From assembly GCA_050950925.1 (NCBI GenBank), contig JBMNIN010000001.1, positions 87,638-151,637 of the forward strand: a stretch of DNA of 64,000 bases, given 5' to 3'. The translations under genes and the position numbers were made by a program. The stretch's first letter is position 1. Every line of letters begins with the position of its first letter. The stretch is from Erysipelotrichaceae bacterium (GTDB lineage: Bacteria > Bacillota_I > Bacilli_A > Erysipelotrichales > Erysipelotrichaceae). Positions 31,696-40,756 of this stretch are shown piece after piece. Under the pieces are notes generated by a model. It made no database searches. It saw only the letters and a program-made list of their open reading frames with translations, and had not been told where the DNA came from.

Positions 31696-32347
31696 TTTTA
31701 TATCGATTATTATTCAAATAAATACAAGATAATTTTTAATAATTTTGCATCAGATCCATGTCAACTTTCAGTTCAATAATACAAACAGATATTTTTTCCA
31801 TTTCGATTTTCCAAGTTGATGTTGATTTTTTTAAAAAACATTCTTTTTTTTGACGTTATTCCCACTCCTCTTTTTAGAATGTACATGAAGTGTTAAATGG
31901 TAAATTATGACTATTCAACCCTGTTCAATATCGTTCTGTATGATACATTTCAGTATGTTTTCTAATTTCTCTACCTGTTCCAGTTCCGGTTATTATCTCT
32001 TTTTACTCTTGGTTGATTACTTTGAGAATTGCTGCCTTTAAATGCAAATTTTGTTATTACATCTGCACTGGAGAAAACAGCATTTATTTGTGTATTTTCC
32101 CTTGAACCGGAAATACCCGTCAAAAGAACATTTATCTTATCAGAATCTAATATATATTGTGTTTTCTTCGATTTCTTTTTATCAATTTTCTGTCTTCAAT
32201 GGTTTTTGCTTCATTGTTTTTAACTATGACAGACCTCCCTACATTAAACGAAAAGCAAGTGACTTTATCACATATTAAAATTAGGCCTCTTTGACAAAAT
32301 CTATAATTTAACAACATCCATTGTAGTTTAATTATAGCCAATCCCTG

Positions 32348-33179
32348 TTATAAATTTATATTGTTAGAAAATATTGATAGCACCTCAAGTGTCTTATCGA
32401 AATCCAAGTCATCAGCATACTTATTTTCTCTGATATAAACTTCCCATAGTTGTCTTAAATAACTGTCCTTGCTGATACCATTTAATATTTCCTCGCTGTC
32501 TCTCATTATATCTAAACTTTCTCTTTTTGTCGCTGTCCTTATGATTGCTGTTTTAAAAGTGTCAAAATTAATCTCTTTTTCTTTAAATTTGAAAAGAGCA
32601 TATATATCATAGAAATCTCTCATTCTTGTAGTGGTGATATTCCTTTTGATAATGCTTTCATACTTCTCTGCAAAAATTGTTTCTAAAGGGTAAGCAAGGA
32701 CTTCTATATCCTCTTTTGAAAATATACACGAATATTTATACTCAATCTCTCTTAGTGTAATGGGATCACCTGTTGTAAAATCTATTTTCATTAGGATTTT
32801 TAGTTTTTCCTATGTTGGCAATAAGGGATAATCTGAAGTTGTCATAATCATCATCTTCTCTTATACGTTCCAGACTGGTTATTTCAAAGACAATACCGTC
32901 ATCAACTTCTATATTTATAATCTCTTTAACGATTTCCTGAATCAGTTTTTCTTCTAAAGGTATTCCTTTAATTGTCGTATCCATATCCATAGTAGTTCTG
33001 TTCTCTACTCCTATAAGAGATGATATCAGAAGTCCGCCTTTAATTACAAAATTTATCTTATATTCAGATAGTGACAGCCTTTCCAAGAATCTTTCAAAGA
33101 AGTACATTTGTAGAATTTCTTGTGTGCTTAAAACATAATTTTTAGCTAAATTTCTTATTTTTCTTTTACGCTTTCTATA
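32348..33179 (-). pseudogene. abiEii: AbiEii/AbiGii-family nucleotidyltransferase toxin, disrupted
   Basis: The two track ORFs (32766-33107 and 32348-32791) together give the family sequence (FVIKGGLLIS...TMDMDT; KIDFTTGDPIT; MRDFYDIY). They are in different frames, with the shift near 32766-32795. The conserved N-terminus (IRNLAKNYVLSTQEILQ) is encoded upstream of the first ATG and is closed by a TAA at 33180-33182. Confidence 0.75.
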
Positions 33180-33183
33180 TTAA

Positions 33184-33771
33184 TCACAAAAGTACCTCCA
33201 TATATCGTCTGACCACATCTTCTATATTAAAAGTTCTGCTGTATTTGATGAGTGTTCTTAAATCCTTCCTCTTACTTTTAAAATATCTCATCAATCCCTC
33301 TATAAATATTTGCCTATCCATTTTTTCCCTGTTAATGATAATATCGCAAATTGTTCTTTCAGCATCATAAACCTGGACGGTATTTCCTAAAGGCGTCTTT
33401 ATATTTGTTATTCCGATGGGGTATAAGTCCTTTTTCACATATCGAACTTGCATATTTTCATATCTCTTCTTAATGTGACTTACATTATAACCTTGAGGCA
33501 CGGATATATGAAAGATATTGGGTGTTCTGTCAGATAAATTGTGAAGATATAAAGCTGTTTGGTGTGAAAACACTATTCTTTTGCTATTTGATGAGATAAG
33601 GATAAAATCATCTATTATTTCTCCAGCCTTTTGATATACTCCGGGTCTTATTCTTTCAATTATTCCCTGATTTGTTAAATCAGATAATATGTGCCTGCTT
33701 ATTCCGATATTTTCAGCATCTTTATTTGTAATGACCGGATTTTTCATTAAGTATTCTCTTAAAGTATTCAT
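33184..33771 (-). CDS. abiEi: AbiEi-family antitoxin/transcriptional regulator (type IV TA)
   Basis: 195 aa. N-terminal winged HTH (VITNKDAENIGISRHILSDLTNQGIIERIRPGVYQ). Lies immediately upstream of the abiEii remnant. RBS GGAGGTGAG. Confidence 0.8.
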   Translation of the reverse strand: MNTLREYLMKNPVITNKDAENIGISRHILSDLTNQGIIERIRPGVYQKAGEIIDDFILISSNSKRIVFSHQTALYLHNLSDRTPNIFHISVPQGYNVSHIKKRYENMQVRYVKKDLYPIGITNIKTPLGNTVQVYDAERTICDIIINREKMDRQIFIEGLMRYFKSKRKDLRTLIKYSRTFNIEDVVRRYMEVLL

Positions 33772-33790
33772 ATTCTCACCTCCTACAGTT

Positions 33791-33827
33791 TCGCTTTAAT
33801 TACATAATGTTAAAGCGATATTGTAAA
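33791..33827 (-). promoter_or_regulatory. abiEi promoter with overlapping 9-bp inverted repeat (putative AbiEi operator)
   Basis: Minus strand reads TTTACA-N17-TGTAAT. The perfect inverted repeat TCGCTTTAA-N10-TTAAAGCGA (33791-33818) overlaps the spacer and -10 box. Confidence 0.6.
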
Positions 33828-34169
33828 CAAAATTAATAATAAAACATACTTTAATGTGGCAATCTTGCATTGAATATATCGATTTTTATAATGTTAAAAT
33901 ACATTTCCGATATCAAAATAATATCATGAACTATTCGAATCTTTAAAACAGTCTGTAAAAAGGTGTTAGATGTTAAAATTTCACACTCTTACTATCCGAT
34001 TGTTCAACTGATGCAAAATCATACAAAATAAGTATTTTCTGGCAGTTAAACTCCATTCTATCCATGATAATTTATCCAGCATAAATACAACAAAATAAGA
34101 AAACATAACAAAAAACTGTCAATTCAAAAACTGACAATTTTCGTCCTCTATTCTAACAGCATTTACTGC

Positions 34170-34697
34170 TTATACACTTTTTTCTTTGGTCGATTTCCAA
34201 TGCATATATATTTCATATAAAGTAGCTACCAGAGATACAATGGCAGCTATCCAGCAATATAAATTTATTATCTCAAACTTTATTAAAAACGGTATCCCGA
34301 ACAAACCGATTGAAGTCATTTTATTCAGTATACTGTGAGTCGAAGAAAGTTCTCCGAATTTAAAGGCAAAGTATAAATAATCAAACAATCTCAACATTAC
34401 AACTACACAGACTAAAATCCATATTTTTCTTGATAATCTTACCCATAAATCAGGAAGCAATTTAATCAGAACTGTTGCATAAAACAACAGGTCAGCTGCA
34501 CTGTCCAGCTTTGAACCCAGTTCACTTTCAGCATTTAATTTTCTGGCTAAATAACCATCTAAAACATCACTGAAACCAGTAAAAGTATAAATAACCAAAA
34601 AAATATCCGAATTTGTATGTAAAGGTAACAGGATAACAGTTCCTATAATCCTTAAAACTGTAACTATATTCGGGATGTGTTTCTTAATTTTTTCCAT
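34170..34697 (-). CDS. CDP-alcohol phosphatidyltransferase family protein
   Basis: Signature DVLDGYLARKLNAESELGSKLDSAADL, i.e. D(x)2DG(x)2AR...G(x)3D(x)3D. Polytopic, 175 aa. Confidence 0.8.
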   Translation of the reverse strand: MEKIKKHIPNIVTVLRIIGTVILLPLHTNSDIFLVIYTFTGFSDVLDGYLARKLNAESELGSKLDSAADLLFYATVLIKLLPDLWVRLSRKIWILVCVVVMLRLFDYLYFAFKFGELSSTHSILNKMTSIGLFGIPFLIKFEIINLYCWIAAIVSLVATLYEIYMHWKSTKEKSV

Positions 34698-34752
34698 ATA
34701 TACATTATAACAAATTTATACTGATAAACACGAAAAAGAGAACCGTTTCCTA

Positions 34753-35574
34753 TTAATACGATAAAATTTCATAGCCATCTTCGGTAACTAATACCATATG
34801 TTCCCATTGAGCAGAAGGCAGCTTATCCTTGGTATATGCTGTCCAGCCGTCAACAGTTGAAATTCTAATACCGCTTTTTTTCATATTAAGCATTGGTTCA
34901 ATAGTAAAAATCATTCCTGGAACCAGCAACATTCCCGTATTCCTTTTTCCATAATGAAAGACAAATGGTTCTTCATGAAACTGCAAACCAATGCCATGAC
35001 CTCCAAAATCTCTGACCACCTTATAACCATTTTTTAAGGCATGTTTTTCAATATAATAACCGATATCTCCTAAATAACCGTAAGGTTTTACCTGTTGTAA
35101 ACCTATTTCCAGACATTCTTTAGATACTTTGACAAGTTTTTCCTTTTCTGAAGTTGTTTCACCAATGATAAACATTCTGCTGGCATCTGAATAATAGCCC
35201 TTATAAATTGTCGAAACATCAACATTGACAATCATTCCCTCTTTTAAAACTGTTTTTTTATTAGGAATCCCATGACAGACGACATCATCTATGGAAACAC
35301 ATACATGTTTGGGAAATCCTCCATACTGATATGGTGCACAGATTGCACCTTGTGATTCAGTATATTCTTTTACCCAGTCATTAATCTGTTCAGTAGTAAT
35401 CCCCGCTTCTATTCTTTCTTTAATATAGTCCAATACCGCAGTATTGATTTTTGCGCTTTCTCTGATACCCTGAATCTGTTTTTCAGTTTTAATCAGTTCA
35501 TCTTTCGGAATATTTAAATTGCCTTCTTTTCTCAATTGATTCAGTTTTTCCAGAACCTTTTCTCTATTCATCAC
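34753..35574 (-). CDS. map: Type I methionine aminopeptidase
   Basis: VCHGIP, VDVS, HGIG, EPM and EHMV metal-ligand motifs. 273 aa. Confidence 0.9.
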   Translation of the reverse strand: MMNREKVLEKLNQLRKEGNLNIPKDELIKTEKQIQGIRESAKINTAVLDYIKERIEAGITTEQINDWVKEYTESQGAICAPYQYGGFPKHVCVSIDDVVCHGIPNKKTVLKEGMIVNVDVSTIYKGYYSDASRMFIIGETTSEKEKLVKVSKECLEIGLQQVKPYGYLGDIGYYIEKHALKNGYKVVRDFGGHGIGLQFHEEPFVFHYGKRNTGMLLVPGMIFTIEPMLNMKKSGIRISTVDGWTAYTKDKLPSAQWEHMVLVTEDGYEILSY

Positions 35575-36334
35575 CAGGCTCCTGTGTCACATGATAAGAA
35601 CCGCTGACTCCAAAAATAGTGACTCCTTTGACGATATTTTCAGAAGCCAGTAAAGAATCACCTCTTACAACGATGTCATCAACAAGATAGACGCCTTTAG
35701 GAATTTTATAATCTGATGTTGATGGAACAATCGTTGTCAGACCGTTGTAAGTAGGTATTGTTCCTGTTATCAGTTCACCGCCCACATAGGCAGTATATCC
35801 TTTTAGAATATCTGCTGCTGTGGCAGTGGCATTTGATGTATCAATATCTTTCATTGTTCCAACAACCAGCTGTCCGCGAATATAGGCTGTTTTCCCTTCT
35901 TTTATATCTTCAGCATTGGCATTACAGCCATTTGTCAGCATATAGCCATTTTGCTCATAGGCTGCTCTTATATCAGCGGCCATCCTGGTTTTAAATACAA
36001 AAAATGAAATAACTGCTCCAATAACGACGCATACCAGTGCCAGCACAAAAGCATTTTTAAAATAACTTGGTGTTACATATTCATATTCATCATCGTCATC
36101 GTAATATTTTTCGATCTCAACAGTTTCTTCAGGTCTTTCACTCTCTTCTGTTTTTTCAGCTGCTAATAATATTTCGTCCTTTGTTTCTTCTGAGTAAATC
36201 TGAACGCCAAACTTTTCTCTTACACCATCTATCTCTCTGGTGGTTTCATCTAAAACACCGGAATAGGTTTTTGTATCCTCGTTTACAATCTCTTTAGCGA
36301 CAATATCTCTTTCTTTTTTAAATTTTAAAGCCAT
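35564..36334 (-). CDS. Single-pass membrane protein with three GKTAY..GEL..GT-type repeats (paralogue A)
   Basis: Acidic N-terminus, one TM helix (FVLALVCVVIGAVISFFVF), then AEDIKEGKTAYIRGQLVVGT, AADILKGYTAYVGGELITGT and SENIVKGVTIFGVSGSY. Confidence 0.6.
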   Translation of the reverse strand: MALKFKKERDIVAKEIVNEDTKTYSGVLDETTREIDGVREKFGVQIYSEETKDEILLAAEKTEESERPEETVEIEKYYDDDDEYEYVTPSYFKNAFVLALVCVVIGAVISFFVFKTRMAADIRAAYEQNGYMLTNGCNANAEDIKEGKTAYIRGQLVVGTMKDIDTSNATATAADILKGYTAYVGGELITGTIPTYNGLTTIVPSTSDYKIPKGVYLVDDIVVRGDSLLASENIVKGVTIFGVSGSYHVTQEPGDE

Positions 36335-36346
36335 ATTACTACCTCA

Positions 36347-36856
36347 CTAGTTACCATCATAACTTCCGCTGACATCAAAAATCATGACACCTTTTTTAAT
36401 ATTTTTAGGCAGTAAATTACTGTCTCCTTTTACTATCAGATCACTGCTTAAATAACCGCCGCCATTAAAAGAGACCGGCCGGCCGGCCGGGGTGATAGTT
36501 CTGCCGGAAATCTGAGGAAGTGTTCCAATTACCAGTTCACCATTAACATAGGCTGTTTTGCCCTGTAAAATTGTGTTTGCAGTAGCTGTTGCTCCACTTG
36601 TATCAAAAACTTCAGCCGTTCCATTTACCAGCTCTCCATTACAGTAAGCTGTTTTCCCGGCAGCGATATCTGCTGAAGTAGCTGTTGCATCAGTTGTCAA
36701 TACATAACCCTCATCAAGCATTTCAACTAATACTGTTTTCTCCAGAATAGTATGTGTTAAATAATAACCGGCACTAAGTCCCAGTAAGAGAGCTGAAACC
36801 GCGATAGTTATCATTCCGATAATAATCTTTTTGTTCGCATATGTAAAAATATCCAT
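36347..36856 (-). CDS. Single-pass membrane protein with the same repeat (paralogue B)
   Basis: Start MDIFTYANKK at 36856 follows AAGGAG. One TM helix, then SADIAAGKTAYCNGELVNGT, ANTILQGKTAYVNGELVIGT and PKNIKKGVMIFDVSGSY. Confidence 0.6.
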   Translation of the reverse strand: MDIFTYANKKIIIGMITIAVSALLLGLSAGYYLTHTILEKTVLVEMLDEGYVLTTDATATSADIAAGKTAYCNGELVNGTAEVFDTSGATATANTILQGKTAYVNGELVIGTLPQISGRTITPAGRPVSFNGGGYLSSDLIVKGDSNLLPKNIKKGVMIFDVSGSYDGN

Positions 36857-36973
36857 GATAATATTCTCCTTTGCAGATATAATTATAATACAATTGGTCT
36901 GAAAAATGAACAAATCCCATTTAATCACATAAACGGCGTAGTGGAAAACAGCAACTCAGAGCTGTTTTCATTT

Positions 36974-38074
36974 TTAAAATTTTTGAGACTTAGCTAAATA
37001 ATAATTCTTATAATTAACATCATCAGTTACCTCTTTGACAACATTGAAATACTCCGGAATAATTATTTTTTCATTTTCGCTCGGTATCTGAACACTCAAT
37101 AAGGCCTTACTATTATCAAATGAGAAAATATCCAATTTAAAGAAACGGTTGTTTTCAATAAAACCATATCTTTCTTTATCAACGATATTCAACTGATGAT
37201 TAATTTCAGCTCTATAATCAGCATACTGTCTTTCAGAGATGATTCTGTCTCTTTTGACTCTTGTATTAGGAGTCAGTTGAGTTGCTTCTGAATAATAATA
37301 GAGTGTACTACCATCCTTTTCTCTTTTTCTGATTCTTCTTTCTATTCCCTCGTCGGATTTCAAATAATGCTGAAGAATATGAACATAAGAAACATTAGCT
37401 TTACTTTTGACCTTTTCAATTACTCCATCATTAACTTCTACCAGGTACTTTTTGAATATTTCAATTGGTTTTTCATCACCCAGATAAGTAAACACTGCCT
37501 GAATAGCTTTTCTGAGTTTTACTTCAAAATCTGTTTCATTAGTAATAATTCTTCTGTTGGGGTGAGCTGACCAGCTTTTTAAAATGGTATCATCAACTTT
37601 TCTGGCATCTTCAATAGATTCATATCTGGCTGCATTATTCGACAGAGTATAAGCTTCTTCTGCTCCCTTGGCACTGGTTACCAGATGCATTACCAGATCA
37701 TACCTGTTATTTAACTCAGCTTCTTTTAAATCAAACCCTTTCAGTATTTCTGCAAACTCATCATCTGAAACATAACCTTTATTGTCTAAAATCCCTCTAT
37801 CAATGAAAACCAGTACTTTTTCTCCTTCAATTTCCCGAGCCGCCTGATAACACAGTTCTTCTTTTTTTAGTTGTAGAGCAATGACATATTTCTGAAAATT
37901 ATACATTCCGATTGTCGCTGGTGAAATACCGCCCGAAATCAGATCAGTCGCTGATTCATTGGCAATTATTACACGATATCCTCTTTCAGCAAAAATCTCC
38001 TGGGCTCTGGACATAAAAGTGGTTTTACCACTGCATGGTCCACCCGTAAATACTATTTTCTTAATGCTTTTCAT
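36974..38074 (-). CDS. AAA_28-type P-loop NTPase fused to a CYTH-like domain
   Basis: Start MKSIKK follows AGGAG. Walker A GGPCSGKTT and Walker B-like VFIDRG. The C-terminal half follows the CYTH pattern (IEIFKKYLV, ILQHYL, ERRIRKR, FKLDIF, VKEVTDDVNYKNYYLAK). Confidence 0.65.
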   Translation of the reverse strand: MKSIKKIVFTGGPCSGKTTFMSRAQEIFAERGYRVIIANESATDLISGGISPATIGMYNFQKYVIALQLKKEELCYQAAREIEGEKVLVFIDRGILDNKGYVSDDEFAEILKGFDLKEAELNNRYDLVMHLVTSAKGAEEAYTLSNNAARYESIEDARKVDDTILKSWSAHPNRRIITNETDFEVKLRKAIQAVFTYLGDEKPIEIFKKYLVEVNDGVIEKVKSKANVSYVHILQHYLKSDEGIERRIRKREKDGSTLYYYSEATQLTPNTRVKRDRIISERQYADYRAEINHQLNIVDKERYGFIENNRFFKLDIFSFDNSKALLSVQIPSENEKIIIPEYFNVVKEVTDDVNYKNYYLAKSQKF

Positions 38075-38412
38075 ATTCTTTTCTCCTGATAATAACATTA
38101 TAACAAATTCAACAAATTTAAGTTCATTGTCCTAAATTAATTGTAACTTTGTACTTTTCATCAATAAGTATAAAGTTTAATTTATGCCTTCAAACAAACT
38201 GTAAATTCTTTTTGTTTTCTTCTGGCCGGTCAGTTCAGAATCCTTACTCATCGCAGTAAGTTTTGTATTGCCGCTTCTTATTAGCCCTGTTTTTAATAAT
38301 CTGATGATAAATATGGCTACTCTTTTTCTTCCGGTAATTAATACAATTTTCTTACTTTATCCTTTTTCTAAATCCGACTTTTCTTAACTCGTAATAAATA
38401 AGCCGGAATCTG

Positions 38413-39534
38413 TCAATCCATACTTTTGTAGTAATTAATGATGATTTCTGCTCCTGCTGCGTTACCGCGCGACTGTTCAATCAGCTTTTGAATTTTTTTG
38501 ATATTATTTTTAATATCTGTATCTGATAACACCGACAGCACATATGCTTTTAGAGTGTTTTTATTAACTGATGAATATGCTAAAACTTTTCCGGCTCCAA
38601 TTTTTTCTACACATCGCGCATTAACATGCTGGTCTGATACAAAAGGTATCACTATCATTGGAACACCATATACAAGAGCTTCCGATACACTGTTCATACC
38701 ACCATGAGTGATAAATGCATCCGCTATTTTCAAGACCTCCAGTTGAGGTACTCTATTGTAAATATATACATTCGATGAGATATTTTTCAATTTTTTGACA
38801 TTAAACTTCTGTCCTGCTGAAATAATCACATCAATATTTTCATCACGAAAAGCTTCTATACAACTTTGAAAGAAAGAAACAGCTCCTTTTATAACTGTCC
38901 CCAGTGAGATATACACAACCGGATTTTTGTTTTTCGTATAATTGAGAACCCCATCTTTCCTTGCATATATGGATGGGCCAAGGAACTTATACTGACTTTC
39001 TGGGAACTCTTTTTCATAGGGTTGATACTCACGTAACGTATAGACAAGATTCAGTTGCGGAGGATTATGAATAATTTCATCAAGCCAATTATCGGTTTTC
39101 ATTGGAATACCTTTAGCAATATCTTTCGTAAATGCTTTAGCAATCCATCTGTGCCTGAAGACAGACAATGGTCCCGAAGCAATAAATTCCTTCATCAATT
39201 TTTCATTTGTAACAGGAGCAGTAAAAATTCTTGCTACCGGTTTGTTATATTTTTCAGCAAGGTGTTTCCCTAAAAAGAAAAATTGCTCATAGATAATAAA
39301 ATCATGCTTTTCTATAATACATTCTGCGGCAGCATAAGCATTTTTTATTTGTGCTGACAACTGTCTGTGATTTCTATATCCATAAAATATTGCTCCACTT
39401 TCGACAACCCTTTCTTCCCAATCAAACGGCATGAGATATGTTACTTCAACACCTCGTTTTATCAGCTGTTGAACAAGGCCAATTGTAGGAACAAAATGTC
39501 CGTAATATGGAAGGTTTATAAAGAGTATCCTCAT
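38413..39534 (-). CDS. GT1-family glycosyltransferase, macrolide glycosyltransferase (MGT)-like
   Basis: 373 aa. C-terminal UDP-sugar motif FITHGGMNSVSEALVYGVPMIVIPFVSDQHVNA. Confidence 0.75.
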   Translation of the reverse strand: MRILFINLPYYGHFVPTIGLVQQLIKRGVEVTYLMPFDWEERVVESGAIFYGYRNHRQLSAQIKNAYAAAECIIEKHDFIIYEQFFFLGKHLAEKYNKPVARIFTAPVTNEKLMKEFIASGPLSVFRHRWIAKAFTKDIAKGIPMKTDNWLDEIIHNPPQLNLVYTLREYQPYEKEFPESQYKFLGPSIYARKDGVLNYTKNKNPVVYISLGTVIKGAVSFFQSCIEAFRDENIDVIISAGQKFNVKKLKNISSNVYIYNRVPQLEVLKIADAFITHGGMNSVSEALVYGVPMIVIPFVSDQHVNARCVEKIGAGKVLAYSSVNKNTLKAYVLSVLSDTDIKNNIKKIQKLIEQSRGNAAGAEIIINYYKSMD

Positions 39535-39664
39535 ATCATACCCCCCTTTTAAAAATTTAATTTACCTGTGTTTATTGATTTAGAAAATATGTCCTTTTTT
39601 ATATCTATACCCCTTGTTTCAATTCACATTATATCAACTTGAAAAACCGGTTGATTTATATCAA

Positions 39665-40621
39665 TTATTCCAGACGTTTAAAAATCTGATAACACAGATA
39701 TGTCAGATAAGGGGACGGCGCTTTCTTTTGACCGAAATCCCAGTCCTCCAGTTTCCGGTATACTGATTCAGGAGTAAAAAGACCATCTTTATCCTGTTTA
39801 CTTTTTATATGTTCGAACATTTCCAGAAAACGCGGATCGTCTCTAACAATTTCATATTTACTTAAAACTCCAGTTACACTGACAATATCGTACCAGCATG
39901 ACGGTGCTTTTATCTTACGAAAATCTGTTCCCATATAAAACATGTATGGATGCTGATTAAGACTGTTTTCCCATAAATACAGTAGCGAATTTACAGAAAT
40001 AGAAGCAACCTGAGAATACTTATATTCCGGAATATACGATAATAAATCAGCCATAATCAGTGTCGCATATGGACAGCAGTCCTCTTTTCTTCCCGGTCCA
40101 CGAAACTTACCCAGTTCAGCTGATACAGCACAAGGAAATCCGTTATCATGACCTAAGGACACCAGATAGTCAACACCAGGTTTGATAAATTCACGATAAT
40201 CCATACCTGACTTCAGTAAGGCCAACAGCAGTAAAGGTGCATCACACAGACACCAGCCAAATATATCTTTACCCGTACCGCCAAAATGCTTTGGTATGTT
40301 GGTCATAGACTGATAAATACCATGTCTGTCACGATGCTTTATAATTTCATAAATTGCTGTTTTTATTTCTGGTACTTCCAAACCAAATCCAAGATCAAGC
40401 AAAAACAACAGTTTATGTATTGGTAAAGTCGGGTTTTTGTGATTTGTCAGCAGGATATCATGAAAATTCTTTATATCCAAAAGCAGTTTTCTTATACGTT
40501 CATCAGCTAAAGCTGACTTTCTGACTTCAATAAGATTATCCTTGGATTCTTGTCTCAAGTTAAGAAAGACAGCATATTTCAGCCAGTCATCACTGATTTC
40601 CAACAATTTCTGAATATCCAT
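39665..40621 (-). CDS. Hypothetical protein, possibly alpha/alpha-toroid (prenyltransferase/terpene-cyclase-like repeats)
   Basis: Recurrent D/N-G-aromatic motifs (DRHGIYQS, HDNGFPCA, DKDGLFTP) and Cys-rich patches. The assignment is weak. Confidence 0.35.
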   Translation of the reverse strand: MDIQKLLEISDDWLKYAVFLNLRQESKDNLIEVRKSALADERIRKLLLDIKNFHDILLTNHKNPTLPIHKLLFLLDLGFGLEVPEIKTAIYEIIKHRDRHGIYQSMTNIPKHFGGTGKDIFGWCLCDAPLLLLALLKSGMDYREFIKPGVDYLVSLGHDNGFPCAVSAELGKFRGPGRKEDCCPYATLIMADLLSYIPEYKYSQVASISVNSLLYLWENSLNQHPYMFYMGTDFRKIKAPSCWYDIVSVTGVLSKYEIVRDDPRFLEMFEHIKSKQDKDGLFTPESVYRKLEDWDFGQKKAPSPYLTYLCYQIFKRLE

Positions 40622-40756
40622 TTCCCATCACCATCTTTTTTATATAATCGTACATACGATTCAAAAACACAAAATGCAATCATAACATATTTCCATTTTC
40701 TATTTTTAAATATTATTGAAAAATCCGTTTGATTGAAAACCACTGCATTTACACTA

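Noticed and set aside
32147-32341. 64-aa minus-strand ORF preceded by AGGGAGG-like sequence in the degraded region downstream of abiEii
   Set aside because: The RBS-like sequence is internal to the ORF and precedes only a non-canonical ATA codon. The product is low complexity. Regarded as part of the decayed islet.
38190-38350. Minus-strand frame KIVLITGRKRVAIF...MSKDSELTGQKKTKRIYSLFEGIN between the AAA-CYTH and glycosyltransferase genes
   Set aside because: There is no start codon for the long form and no RBS for the 24-aa form. Only a vague Rossmann-like N-terminus. Probably a gene remnant or chance ORF.
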